A stretch of 64,000 nt of DNA from NCBI GenBank assembly GCA_013414795.1, contig CP058732.1:2162231-2226230 (forward strand), read 5' to 3'. The notes below the pieces were generated by a model. It worked only from the letters and a program-made list of their open reading frames with translations, was not told the DNA's origin and ran no database searches. This DNA comes from Candidatus Kapaibacterium sp. Its GTDB lineage: Bacteria > Bacteroidota > Ignavibacteria > Kapaibacteriales > UBA2268. Position 1 is the stretch's first letter; every line of letters begins with the position of its first letter. This document shows positions 18,191 through 28,750 of the stretch, piece after piece. A program made the translations under genes and the position numbers.

Positions 18191-19294
18191 CTACTTTGTC
18201 TTTAATTCAAACACGGGGGAATACAAACTTTCGCCAAATTCTCCTTTGGCTTTCAATCGAATGTAATATTTTGCATTGCGTTCCAAGTCGCTAATCTCGT
18301 AACTTTCTAAATCCCCAATGTCCAGGTCCTTGTATGGTTCGACGATTTGCTTGAACTCCTTGTCGCGTGCCAAATCGAGTATATATGTAATTGCTCCTTT
18401 GGACTTCTTCCACTTTATTTGATACACCCCTTCTTCCAGCGGGGTTGCATTCAATATAATTGGGGCTGGTATTCTCGTCGCCTTCACTCTTGGGTTGTTC
18501 GATTCGCTCGCAATATTGTAATGTCGATACTTGCCATTGCCGTTGTATTCAAAAACTCCAACTGCATACTTTGTTCCAGGCTCCAAGCCTGTAACCTTCA
18601 CTTTTGGACGCAAGTCCTTCCCGTCGTAGACCACAGAAGTAGTTCCTTTGATTAAATCCCCTTTTCCGAAAGCATTCGAGGCTTTGTATTCTTTGCCGTT
18701 CTCGGGTTTGTCAAACTTTTCACCTTTAGCAACGACAAGGATTCGGCCCTCACCGCTACCATTCACCCAACTAACAACAAAGGAAGTATCTGTAACATCA
18801 TCAAAGGCAATTTGATATGCTTGCAATTCCGGCTTTTTAGCGATTGTGTTAAATTGAAATGATTTGTAATATATTAGACTATCCCCTTGTTTCTTAAATA
18901 TGTGTATCCAATAGTCATTTCTCGAAGCCAACTCCACAAAAAATATTTTTCCCTTTTTCGCTGAAAGCCCGCTTGCAACAAGTTTTCCCACTTTCGGGTA
19001 GTTTTTCAAAATAGGATAAATTGCCGTATCTTTCAATGCGAAGTTACCAGTCCAAGGCAAAGTTTTCTCGCAAGATTCAAGTGTCGATATGAAAATGGCG
19101 TAATTTGCAGAATCCGCTTCGTATTTAATTTCAGCAGTTGTTTCGGCAATTTCCTCAATCGTAAGTTGTAGCCCAATCTTACTTTGTGAACGCAAATCTT
19201 TCGACTTTTTCCCCTTGCTTTGTGCAAAAGCATTTAATTCGAAACTTAAAACCAAAATTGAAATCAGCAGGTATATTGTTATTCGCCTTACCAT
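18191..19294 (-). CDS. Secreted fibronectin type III domain protein
   Basis: Signal peptide from ATG 19294 (MVRRITIY); VTGLEPGTKY and ISDLERNAKYYIRLKA FN3 signatures. Confidence 0.8.
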   Translation of the reverse strand: MVRRITIYLLISILVLSFELNAFAQSKGKKSKDLRSQSKIGLQLTIEEIAETTAEIKYEADSANYAIFISTLESCEKTLPWTGNFALKDTAIYPILKNYPKVGKLVASGLSAKKGKIFFVELASRNDYWIHIFKKQGDSLIYYKSFQFNTIAKKPELQAYQIAFDDVTDTSFVVSWVNGSGEGRILVVAKGEKFDKPENGKEYKASNAFGKGDLIKGTTSVVYDGKDLRPKVKVTGLEPGTKYAVGVFEYNGNGKYRHYNIASESNNPRVKATRIPAPIILNATPLEEGVYQIKWKKSKGAITYILDLARDKEFKQIVEPYKDLDIGDLESYEISDLERNAKYYIRLKAKGEFGESLYSPVFELKTK

Positions 19295-19342
19295 TTTTTT
19301 TGAATGTTTTATAAAAAAAATGCAATTTAGCAAAAAACAAAT

Positions 19343-19382
19343 AAAAAGAGGCTCTCCGACGATTTGCAGAGAGCCCCTTTTT
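19343..19382 (-). terminator. Intrinsic terminator after the 1256-aa gene
   Basis: GGCTCTC stem with flanking A/T runs. Confidence 0.75.
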
Positions 19383-19396
19383 CTAATCACTGCCTT

Positions 19397-22300
19397 TTAC
19401 GGCATAAAGATAAACGGTTGCTGCAAGGTCTCGCCCAGAGCAGACACTCGAAGCATATATGCTCCTGGAGCGAACAACTTACGGTCGAGATGTATCATCA
19501 CTGTGGTCGCAACGTTGTCATAAGAATATTCGTGGGTGAAGAGTGTTCTTCCGTCCATTGCAACGATCTCGATTCGGAAGTTGGCTTGTTTCATTGGAAT
19601 CAAATCGAATTGCAAAACATCCTCGACTGGGTTGGGCCAGATGGGTGTAACCGCAAAGTTCGATGTTCGGACCACTTCCTCGTCTTCTACGTCGCGTGCG
19701 GTGGTCTTAATTGCCTTTGGATTGGAGGCGTTAGTAGTGGTATTGTAATTATAACTTGTCGAGGAGCAACCAGTGTTGTAATTGTACTCAAAGGCACGGA
19801 ATGCATACCAAGTTGAAGGAGCAAGCCCAGTAATGTAAGCAGAACTACCAGTTCCATTGTACAATAATCTTGTATTTGTTCCAAATGGTGCAGCACTTGG
19901 CCAGTATGAATTCGCACCGGTATTAACGCTTCCATCCGATGGAATTGTTCCAGAATATGAAGTACTGCCCTGTGTTGCAGCAATCAATCTACCCATTCCA
20001 TCGCCGCTGGTCCAAATCAAGGAGATTGTGGTTCTTGTTCGCCCACCGCTGATATTAGTAACCTGGGTTGGTTCGGGTGCAAGGGCATATACAGTGAAAT
20101 ACCCAGTTCCAGAAGTTAATGAATCGCAATCATCAGCAATGTAAATGAAATACTGACCATAAGTAGAACAGGTAACATTACTGGTGATAGTAATGCTTGC
20201 CGGAGAAGTACTTGTACCACTCGCTTCGAGCGTTGGATTTGAACCTCCTGGTCCATCATCATCTCTGAACAGATACCATCGCTTGGATGATGGAGAGCCA
20301 CCAGTAAATGATACGCTTACAGACAAGGAACTACCAATAATACCATATGTCGGATTGCTTGGATAAGAAGTTATGCTTAACGCTGGAACAACATTCAATT
20401 GTGCAGAATTGCTGGTAATTGTCGAACCGCAACCACTGGTAATCACACATCGATAATAATATGTACCTGTTGTAATTCCAGGGGAATTTGACGTAACAGT
20501 CAATGTAGATGAGTTACTGCCAGAGTATGTTGCGTTGGTTGGAGTACCATTTGAAACATTATTCCAGGTGGAATTATCTTGACTATATTCCCATTGATAT
20601 GTGGGGGTAGCACAACTGGATGTTGCGGTTACCGAGAAGGTTTCGCTACCAGTTGTAGAGCAAATTTGTCCGTCCTGCGGCTGGGCAGTAATACTTAAAT
20701 TATCAATAGTAAAGTTGCCACTTGTTGCATCAGCAGAATTTCCAGCACAATCGATGGCACGAACGACAACGTATGCATTACCGCCACAAACAGAAACACC
20801 AGATGGAATTGCCCAAGTATATGAACCGGAATTTGCTAACCCACTTTGAATTAACTGCAAGGTAGAACCATTATAATAATACAAAGATATACTACTAAAA
20901 TTAGGATCTGAAATATTGCCCGGCGTCCAGGTAATATTATAATTTTGCCCAGCAATCAAGCAAGTCGAGGGTACAGTTGGTGCAGAAGTATTTGTCGGGG
21001 CAGTATTATCGATTATAAATGTTGGACTCAATATTTGATGGGTATTTCCAGCGCAATCACTGAATGTTATTCGAATTTGGGCGCTGTTTGTATTTACTGT
21101 GTTAGGAACTGTCCAGTTATAATTTCCAGATGAACCACTGATTGGATGGTTACTAACAATAATTACCCAGGAACTTCCATTATAGTACTCAATGTTAACA
21201 GTATTACTCAAATTTGGATCCGTTGCATTATTCCATTGAATATTTACTATATCGCCACCTTTGTAACACCCACTTGATGTAGGATTTGTAATCGACCCGC
21301 CGCTTGGTGCTGTATTGTCATATATGAAGTAATGACTTGGAGGCATCGTCCATTGGTTTCCGGCAGCATCGGTTACACGAATCTGGACATAATGCTTGCC
21401 ATCGGTGAAAGTTGCTCCTGCTCCGTGTGTCCAAGACCAAGTTGTTGTTCCTGTTGCGTTATTCCAAGTTTGAGATGTAACCCAGCTACTACCATTCCAG
21501 GAATAATCAACACCAGAAGTAAACGATCCATCGTTGTTAACATCACGCCACAAAGACACTTCGACAAGATTTAAACCGCAAGGTGCACCACCAACCCAAG
21601 AATCAGAGGCTGAACCACTAAATGATGAAGGCATTGTTGCAGACCTGTAACAAGCAGCGTTTGCTGGTGTTGTAATAGTCCCACTTGGATTTGTGTGGTC
21701 AACATAATATGTTTCACCCGAGGTATAAGTTGTCGTCGAGGCATTTGGACAGCCGTATGCCATATCATTGACAGAGCCGGTAAAGTCCAAACGAATCTCG
21801 CGGTTGATTCCTATTACATCAACAGTTACATCATATTGGCTTGCACCACCAGAACTGGGAAAAACGGGAGTTACGCTGGTAATTGTACCAACAGAGCCAG
21901 AACCACTTACACCAGTAACAGTAAAGTCAGATGATGAAACCGAGGAGGTATTTACAGCCTCGTTAAAAGTAACTCTAAACGTAACACTATTTACGTTGGT
22001 GCATTGCCCCGAAGGACTTTGCCGAACTATGCTTGAAACATAAGGTGGCGTTTGGTCTACGCCCGGTGCACTTAAATTATTTCCACTTCCAGTATAAGTC
22101 GAAGCAAATGTTATATTATTTCCATCCTGGAAGTTGAAACTCAATGGCAAATCTTGAGATTGGTCGTTTATGTTGGGGTCTCCACTTGCTACTGTGTAGG
22201 TCAACGTGTAGGTTCCATCGCGCTTATCAGTAAATGTCGAAGTAACATCAACACCATTAATAGTTTGAGTGCCATTAGTCAACAACCCGAGTTGTCCATT

Positions 22301-23167
22301 TGTTGCTGTAACGGTTACAACAATACTGCAACCAATACCAACATTGTTATAATATGGACTACTTCCGTGCCCGGGATCGTAAGAGGCAGAGGAAATCGAA
22401 GGATTCGCCAAAGTAGTTTGCGTTACAAAAGCATAAGTACTCGAGACATTACCAGATGCATCGTATGCGTAGAGATAGAAAGTATAACTTCTATTATTAT
22501 TAAGGCCGAAGACGAAATATTGTTGGCTGGTTGGTTTACCGATGTCTCGATTTTGGAAAGCCCAGGAGGAGCTTGAATTATTGTAAACAGAAAGCAGATA
22601 GCCAGCGGCGCCAGTACCGTCGGTCCAATAAAGTCTACCGCCTTCACTCCAGGGAGCAATATTTAAACCAGAGGGCAATGACCCAGAGTAAGATGAAGTT
22701 GTCCTAAACGAGCGGGGATTGTTATCGGCAGAAGAATTGTTGTAATCCCAATTTGAACCGCTGACATTAAATTCATACACTTTAACATAGTATGTAGTTC
22801 CAGCGGCAAGACCGCTCAATGTGGTTTGTCTGGCATAATCGGAAGTTCCCGGGGTGCCCATAACATCGATCACATAACTACCAGTTGAACCAACCTGGGG
22901 AGCAGATGAAAGATTGCCGTTAGCATCGGTGTAGATTGGACCTCCAGTTGTTAAAATAGCATCAGTAGCGGTCCAGTTATTGTCAGTACGAATGACAACA
23001 ATTCGGTTTGTACCATTACCGCGAGTCCAATGAACTGTTACGCCCGAGGATGATAGATTTGAAAAGGCAAGATATTTTGCTTGAACTGTTGGTGGAGCGG
23101 CAAAGGATTCGGTATATGAGAGAATTGCAACTGCAAGGAGAGTTAGTAGGAAAAGGAATTTTTTCAT
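19397..23167 (-). CDS. Large T9SS cargo protein with FN3/Ig-like domains (1256 aa)
   Basis: Signal peptide; S/T/G/N-rich Ig/FN3 modules; C-terminal WPNP...DGR...PGAYMLRV type-A CTD. Confidence 0.85.
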   Translation of the reverse strand: MKKFLFLLTLLAVAILSYTESFAAPPTVQAKYLAFSNLSSSGVTVHWTRGNGTNRIVVIRTDNNWTATDAILTTGGPIYTDANGNLSSAPQVGSTGSYVIDVMGTPGTSDYARQTTLSGLAAGTTYYVKVYEFNVSGSNWDYNNSSADNNPRSFRTTSSYSGSLPSGLNIAPWSEGGRLYWTDGTGAAGYLLSVYNNSSSSWAFQNRDIGKPTSQQYFVFGLNNNRSYTFYLYAYDASGNVSSTYAFVTQTTLANPSISSASYDPGHGSSPYYNNVGIGCSIVVTVTATNGQLGLLTNGTQTINGVDVTSTFTDKRDGTYTLTYTVASGDPNINDQSQDLPLSFNFQDGNNITFASTYTGSGNNLSAPGVDQTPPYVSSIVRQSPSGQCTNVNSVTFRVTFNEAVNTSSVSSSDFTVTGVSGSGSVGTITSVTPVFPSSGGASQYDVTVDVIGINREIRLDFTGSVNDMAYGCPNASTTTYTSGETYYVDHTNPSGTITTPANAACYRSATMPSSFSGSASDSWVGGAPCGLNLVEVSLWRDVNNDGSFTSGVDYSWNGSSWVTSQTWNNATGTTTWSWTHGAGATFTDGKHYVQIRVTDAAGNQWTMPPSHYFIYDNTAPSGGSITNPTSSGCYKGGDIVNIQWNNATDPNLSNTVNIEYYNGSSWVIIVSNHPISGSSGNYNWTVPNTVNTNSAQIRITFSDCAGNTHQILSPTFIIDNTAPTNTSAPTVPSTCLIAGQNYNITWTPGNISDPNFSSISLYYYNGSTLQLIQSGLANSGSYTWAIPSGVSVCGGNAYVVVRAIDCAGNSADATSGNFTIDNLSITAQPQDGQICSTTGSETFSVTATSSCATPTYQWEYSQDNSTWNNVSNGTPTNATYSGSNSSTLTVTSNSPGITTGTYYYRCVITSGCGSTITSNSAQLNVVPALSITSYPSNPTYGIIGSSLSVSVSFTGGSPSSKRWYLFRDDDGPGGSNPTLEASGTSTSPASITITSNVTCSTYGQYFIYIADDCDSLTSGTGYFTVYALAPEPTQVTNISGGRTRTTISLIWTSGDGMGRLIAATQGSTSYSGTIPSDGSVNTGANSYWPSAAPFGTNTRLLYNGTGSSAYITGLAPSTWYAFRAFEYNYNTGCSSTSYNYNTTTNASNPKAIKTTARDVEDEEVVRTSNFAVTPIWPNPVEDVLQFDLIPMKQANFRIEIVAMDGRTLFTHEYSYDNVATTVMIHLDRKLFAPGAYMLRVSALGETLQQPFIFMP

Positions 23168-23225
23168 TTAAGACCTCCGAATTTATTGAACATCATATAA
23201 TAAACTTTCGGATAAAAAATAACAA

Positions 23226-23255
23226 ACACTCCCCGGGAAAATTCCCGAGGAGTGT
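23226..23255 (-). terminator. Hairpin (terminator or mRNA stabiliser) after the 1803-aa gene
   Basis: ACACTCC-CGGGAA stem followed by T-rich sequence on the minus strand. Confidence 0.65.
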
Positions 23256-23262
23256 AGGAATA

Positions 23263-26200
23263 TTATTCAGTAACCGATATAAGTCGCCAGGCACCATTTG
23301 CAAAGACAAATAGTAAGTTGGCTTCGGCTGCGGTTGTATAATTTAAACCACCTGGAAGAACGTTGTTAAATGTGGCATTATTTCCATCGTTCCAGATTAT
23401 GTACAAAGTTTGTCCGTCTTGAACCCCTGTCGTTGGCAAGGTAATGGTTACGTTACCACCAGAAGTGTTTGTTACATACACCACATCATATCCAGGATCG
23501 ATGGATAAGGTGGCAGCAGTAGCAGTTTGAGTTTTATAAGAGAATTTGAACGAACCATCGGTTATTGCCAATGCCAAACCATTCGAAGTACCACCAGAAT
23601 TAACTGCATCAGTATTTGCCACAGTCAATGCTGGGGAATTTCCTTGATTTTCGATAGCAACCAAAGCGCGGGTAGTTCCAACACTCGTGTAACCAGAGAA
23701 TACAGCGGCGCCAGCGTCGTTAAATGTATTGTTGGTTATTTTGATTTGCAAGAGATGATCGTCAATATCATCCGTTGTTGTTATTCTCAATGCTGCTGCA
23801 CCCAAATTACCTTGGGACGAATTGTTTTGTATTTCTACAACTGGTGAAGTGGCATTTTCAGCACCAACGAACAAGGCAGTTGGGTAATTCCCACTAACAT
23901 TAGATGTATTTTCAACCAGTAATGGATAGGCTTGGCCCGAGTTTTTAATTCGAACCAATGCTTCACCTGCTGTATTGTATTGTCCATCGAATATCGCTGC
24001 TGGTCCTTGGCCATTTACATTGCTTACATTTAAAGCCTCGGAGGTACCATCGTTGCTTATAGCAACCAATGCTCTTGAAGCAGCACTTGTGTAACCTGTG
24101 AACACAGCAGCACCAGCATTTGTATAAGCGGGCGCAATTTGTACTTGTAACAAGTGGTCATTCAAATCGGCACCAGCACTTAATCGCAAAGCACCCGCAC
24201 CAGTTGTCGTGCTGTTTTGGATGATTTGCACTGTTGGTACGCTTGCTGCGCTATTACCATTGACGACGATGGCTGGTGTGCTTGCAACAATTTGGTTGAA
24301 TGTAGTGGAGGCGTCAACATTAAACACGTCGGTTGCGGATCCGTCGCCGACGTATGCATTTCCGTCAACTTCGAAGTTTCCAGTTACATACAAATCAGCA
24401 TTTCCTGCACTGGGATTATCAAATGTTCCAGTTCCAATCACAACATCATTCGTTCCGGCAACATTAACGGGAGCATTAAATGTCGTAGTTGCGTTAACTG
24501 TTAACACATCGGTGTTTGCGCTTCCAAGAGTTGTATTATCGTTCACTGTTAAGTTATCAGCAGTCAAATTGGTGAATGTTCCCGCTGCTGGCGTTGTTCC
24601 GCCGATGACAGATCCGTCAATTGTTGTGTTTGTAATTGTACCACCATTAATGGTCAAGGCATCTACTACCATCGCATCTGTTATTGAATTATTCGGGAAT
24701 GACAATGTGCCAGTTGCAGTCAAATTAGTAAATGTTCCCGCTGCGGGCGTTGTTCCGCCGATTACTGTCCCATTAATTGTGCCACCAGTAATTACAGCAT
24801 TGCTAAATGTATTTGTTCCATTCCAGGTATTATTGCCAGTCCAGGTTTGGTTTGCTTCGAGTAACGCAATCGTACCAGAGAAGTCTTGGAATGTCCAGGT
24901 TCGGTTACTTGTTAGCGATGGGAAGGTGATGTCCCCAACAAAAGCAACGCCATCATCATATCGGAAGGCTGGTACAGTTGCTTCCATTGTTAATGTTCCG
25001 CCAGTACTTGTTACTTGAATATATCCACTTGAACCATCGATAATTGCTTGCCCAGAACCGGGACCTTGAGATTGAATTGGACCGCCATCAACAACCAAGG
25101 CTGGAACAGAAGCATTGTTTTTGATTGTTACTTGATAATTGTTTGATGAATTACCAACAGCAAGACCTTTGTCAATAGTAACTTGATTATTGACACCATT
25201 ATATCCAACTTGCGCCTCATTTGTTGAAGTTCCAATATGGATGCTGGAACCAGTAACGTAAAGTTTTCGCCACCGTAACGTACTGGTACCAAGGTCGTAA
25301 GCATTATCAAGTGTTGGAACAACGTTATCGTCGAAGTAAACAGGAGCTCCACCAGCACCATTATTATTAATGTATCCACTGACATCGATTCTATTTACAA
25401 ATAGGTCATCAAATCGATTGGCAGAGGAACCCAGATCGACCCCACTTGCTGGAAGGACTGTCGATGCAAGAGTGCCGTTGAATGTTATATTATCTGCAGA
25501 GCTCGAACCAAGAACAACATTATCATTGAATTGCGCAGTTCCGTTTACGGTAATTCCACCATTGTAAGTTACAGGATTTGCAAACGAATGATTTCCGGTC
25601 CAGTTGAAGTTAGCCGCTTGATTTACTGCTACTGTTGCATTTGCTGTATTGTCAAATGTGAACCCGACGATCGTCCCATCTCCATTCGATACATTGTATT
25701 GTAGTGGTCCATTGTATTGTCCGGCTGTTACTGTTCCGCTGAAGTTCCCATCTACTGCTCCAATGTTCCCACTGAATGTTCCGTTCGTACCACTTATGCT
25801 TCCGGTTACATCAAGATTATCATCTACTGTTACATTGCCTGTTGTGTTGATAACTGTGCCTCGGAAATCAGCATCATCATTCACTACAATATCATCAAAT
25901 ATTCCGCCAGCTGCTGTTACATTTCCAGTTACTGTTACATTTCCACTGAATGTTCCGTTCGTTCCACTGAATGCTCCACCATTGAAGTTGTTCGCATTCA
26001 ATGTCGTAAATGTTCCATTCGTCCCACTTATGTCTCCACTTACATCAAGATCGTTGTTAACAAATACAGGTCCGTTGAATGTAGATATTCCAGCCCAGGT
26101 TTGATCTCCTGTCCACGCAAAATCGTAATCTTGATTCACCGCTACTGTTGCATTTGCTGTATTGTCAAATGTGAACCCGACGATCGTCCCATCTCCATTC

Positions 26201-28674
26201 GATACATTGTATTGTAGTGGTCCATTGTATTGTCCAGCTGTTACTGTTCCGCTGAATGTTCCATTTACTGCTCCAATGTTCCCACTGAATGTTCCGTTCG
26301 TTCCACTTATGCTTCCAGTTACATCCAAATCACCCGTTACATCTAGATTATCATCTACTGTTACATTGCCTGTTGTGTTGATAACTGTGCCTCGGAAATC
26401 AGCATCATAATATACGGTTAAATAATCAAAGTAAGCATTTGTTGCTGTAATTGTTGGAACTACTAATGGTCCAATCAAAGTCAAGGAACCACCAACTGTC
26501 AAACTTCCAGTAACATCAAGATCATCATCAACAACAACAGGTTCGCCAGCATCGGGATTGGTAATTGTACCTCGTGCTTGCAATGCACCCGTTACAGAGG
26601 CTGTTGTGAAATTACCAGTTTGGAATGTTCCAGTTGTTGCATTTACATTTGTTCCGGTAAACGAACCACCATTAAAGTTGGTTGCATTAACTGTTGTAAT
26701 TGTGGCGCTCGGACCAGTTATAGCACCAGTATAATTAATGTTTCCATTAACTTGGAGATTATCGTCGATTGTAACTGTTGTACCTGGAGCATATATCAAA
26801 CCAGTAACTGAGACGTTTCCAGTAAAGGTACCATTTCTTCCACTAAAGTCTCGACCAATAAAATCAACACCAGTAAAGTTACCACCAGCGTTGACATTTC
26901 CGGCAAAACTGCCACTTGCAGCAGTCAATGCCCCAGTTGCGGTAATTGCACCATTAACTTGGAGATTATCGTCAATTGTAACCGTTGTGCCTGGACTAGA
27001 AATTGGCCCACCAACAATCAAATTCGTTCCAGTTGTAACAGTACCAGTTAACGTACTTGTTCCATTAACAGAAAGATTTCCAGTAAAAGTACCATTCCGT
27101 CCAAAAATGTCTATTGCAGTTACATTACCAGTAAATGTAGCATTATTAGCATTTAGATTACCTGTAGTAATAATGTTCTGGTTACCAAAATTTGGAACGA
27201 TCTTAGTACCTTGAATTGCAGCATTGGCTGCTACATTCTGGTCAGTAATTTTGTTTGCAACCCATTGTCCAGTACCCGGGGTACCGTTGTACCAAAGGAC
27301 AGATCCACTACCGTCGGGCAAGAATGCAGCATCATCGCGTATCTTCAACGGGGCAACAGTTACACCATCATTGTAACCAAAGCCAACGATTGGTCCAACA
27401 GTTTGAATTTGACCAGGTACCCATTGAGAACCATTAAACCAGTACAATTCACCAACATTCGTTGGTTGATAAGCCAATGGTACATTCAAAAGCCCAGTAA
27501 CGGTCAAGTTGTTGTACGGTCCAATGACATCACCAGAGGCATACGCTGGACGCCAATCATTGGTAATTTGGCTGTAAACATAAACTTCGCCATCATAGTT
27601 TGGTGTGGAGAACAATGGCACATTCAACCATTTTGTAACTGTGTTATTATTGATTGGTCCAACAACATCGCCATTCAAATTCGATGGTGTCCAAACATTA
27701 TTTGTTGCATCGTAAATGTATGTTTGACCATCGGCTGGTGCGGCTGTGCTCAATGGAATTCCTCTCCAACCGCCAACATAAGGATTTGGATATGTTCCAT
27801 AAAGATCGCCACCAGCAGGATCACCAACATTAATAAAGTAATCAACAACTTCTTGATTCAAATCACGGAGATAAACTTCACCATCTTTAATCTTGTCAGT
27901 AGTTACTGCGTCGGGAGCAATTTTAGGATTAGTTACGGCGCCATCAGCAATCTTGGGAGTGGTAACAGCGCCATCGGCAAGTTTCGGTGTGGTAACAGCA
28001 CCATTGAAAATACGGTCGGTTTTTACCGCACCCGGGGCAATCAATGGGTCTGGATATGTTCCAGTGAGGTCACCGCTTGCCGGACCGCTTGGCGGGAATG
28101 AGACATTTGGTGCCAACTTATCCTGTGTAATCGAACCGGGAGGAATATTTCGAACTACTGCATTAGGATTTAATGTGGGATTTGGATATGTTCCTTGCAA
28201 ATCACCACCGGCTGGACCCCAAGGAATTGCTTGCACACCAGGAGCAAGTTTTTCTTGGGTAATTGCGCCATCAACAACAGTCAAAGCAATCAATGCAGTA
28301 TCTGATGTGGTCGATGTCAAAGATTTCATTGCGTATGGAGTTGAAGTCAAAGGTGTTCTTGGAAAAGCGTTTCCACCAATAGAAATTTGCAACCAAAGTG
28401 GTTTGTTGAAATTAATATTAAGTGGATTTTCTTTGCCAAGATATACATTCATAAAGCCATTTACGACGTCAACGAGTTGGTTTTCACTCCAAATCGGAGT
28501 ACCACCAAATTCTTGTTCGTAAATTGCGAAGGTAATTGCAGTTTGTCCATTAAATGGACGGTCGTTTTGGTCCTTCAAGTTCGCTTGATAATTCAATAAG
28601 CGAGGAACTTGCGAGAAGACCAAAGATGTTGATATTAAAATAGCAAGAACGAGTGAAAAGAAGAATCTTTTCAT
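23263..28674 (-). CDS. Giant phage-tail-fibre-like surface protein (1803 aa)
   Basis: Signal peptide; N-terminal NYQ...LTSTPYA domain; GGDLxGTYPNP and DGAVTTPK repeats; long G/T/N-rich shaft; C-terminal TITLP...DGQ...GAW knob; no T9SS CTD. Confidence 0.8.
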   Translation of the reverse strand: MKRFFFSLVLAILISTSLVFSQVPRLLNYQANLKDQNDRPFNGQTAITFAIYEQEFGGTPIWSENQLVDVVNGFMNVYLGKENPLNINFNKPLWLQISIGGNAFPRTPLTSTPYAMKSLTSTTSDTALIALTVVDGAITQEKLAPGVQAIPWGPAGGDLQGTYPNPTLNPNAVVRNIPPGSITQDKLAPNVSFPPSGPASGDLTGTYPDPLIAPGAVKTDRIFNGAVTTPKLADGAVTTPKIADGAVTNPKIAPDAVTTDKIKDGEVYLRDLNQEVVDYFINVGDPAGGDLYGTYPNPYVGGWRGIPLSTAAPADGQTYIYDATNNVWTPSNLNGDVVGPINNNTVTKWLNVPLFSTPNYDGEVYVYSQITNDWRPAYASGDVIGPYNNLTVTGLLNVPLAYQPTNVGELYWFNGSQWVPGQIQTVGPIVGFGYNDGVTVAPLKIRDDAAFLPDGSGSVLWYNGTPGTGQWVANKITDQNVAANAAIQGTKIVPNFGNQNIITTGNLNANNATFTGNVTAIDIFGRNGTFTGNLSVNGTSTLTGTVTTGTNLIVGGPISSPGTTVTIDDNLQVNGAITATGALTAASGSFAGNVNAGGNFTGVDFIGRDFSGRNGTFTGNVSVTGLIYAPGTTVTIDDNLQVNGNINYTGAITGPSATITTVNATNFNGGSFTGTNVNATTGTFQTGNFTTASVTGALQARGTITNPDAGEPVVVDDDLDVTGSLTVGGSLTLIGPLVVPTITATNAYFDYLTVYYDADFRGTVINTTGNVTVDDNLDVTGDLDVTGSISGTNGTFSGNIGAVNGTFSGTVTAGQYNGPLQYNVSNGDGTIVGFTFDNTANATVAVNQDYDFAWTGDQTWAGISTFNGPVFVNNDLDVSGDISGTNGTFTTLNANNFNGGAFSGTNGTFSGNVTVTGNVTAAGGIFDDIVVNDDADFRGTVINTTGNVTVDDNLDVTGSISGTNGTFSGNIGAVDGNFSGTVTAGQYNGPLQYNVSNGDGTIVGFTFDNTANATVAVNQAANFNWTGNHSFANPVTYNGGITVNGTAQFNDNVVLGSSSADNITFNGTLASTVLPASGVDLGSSANRFDDLFVNRIDVSGYINNNGAGGAPVYFDDNVVPTLDNAYDLGTSTLRWRKLYVTGSSIHIGTSTNEAQVGYNGVNNQVTIDKGLAVGNSSNNYQVTIKNNASVPALVVDGGPIQSQGPGSGQAIIDGSSGYIQVTSTGGTLTMEATVPAFRYDDGVAFVGDITFPSLTSNRTWTFQDFSGTIALLEANQTWTGNNTWNGTNTFSNAVITGGTINGTVIGGTTPAAGTFTNLTATGTLSFPNNSITDAMVVDALTINGGTITNTTIDGSVIGGTTPAAGTFTNLTADNLTVNDNTTLGSANTDVLTVNATTTFNAPVNVAGTNDVVIGTGTFDNPSAGNADLYVTGNFEVDGNAYVGDGSATDVFNVDASTTFNQIVASTPAIVVNGNSAASVPTVQIIQNSTTTGAGALRLSAGADLNDHLLQVQIAPAYTNAGAAVFTGYTSAASRALVAISNDGTSEALNVSNVNGQGPAAIFDGQYNTAGEALVRIKNSGQAYPLLVENTSNVSGNYPTALFVGAENATSPVVEIQNNSSQGNLGAAALRITTTDDIDDHLLQIKITNNTFNDAGAAVFSGYTSVGTTRALVAIENQGNSPALTVANTDAVNSGGTSNGLALAITDGSFKFSYKTQTATAATLSIDPGYDVVYVTNTSGGNVTITLPTTGVQDGQTLYIIWNDGNNATFNNVLPGGLNYTTAAEANLLFVFANGAWRLISVTE
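25618..26408 (-). repeat. Near-identical internal duplication in the fibre gene
   Basis: 25618-25877 vs 26131-26408; about 95 bp identical (25628 vs 26141); 18-bp indel between copies. Confidence 0.9.
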
Positions 28675-28750
28675 TGTAAAACCCCATTATTAGTTAAACA
28701 TAAAACTATATAATAATTATTAATGATAAAATTCATTTCACAATTTATAA

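Noticed and set aside
25618-26408. DGR template/variable repeat pair
   Set aside because: Differences are not confined to adenines, both copies are in-frame coding, and no reverse transcriptase is present.
24209-28522. Long antisense ORFs (up to 296 aa) over the fibre gene and similar shadow ORFs elsewhere
   Set aside because: Expected by-product of low-complexity G/T/N/V codons on the coding strand; no RBS or protein motifs.
17036-28674. Prophage or tailocin reading of the fibre-like genes
   Set aside because: They carry Sec signal peptides and sit among T9SS genes; no capsid, sheath, tube, baseplate, lysis or integrase genes.
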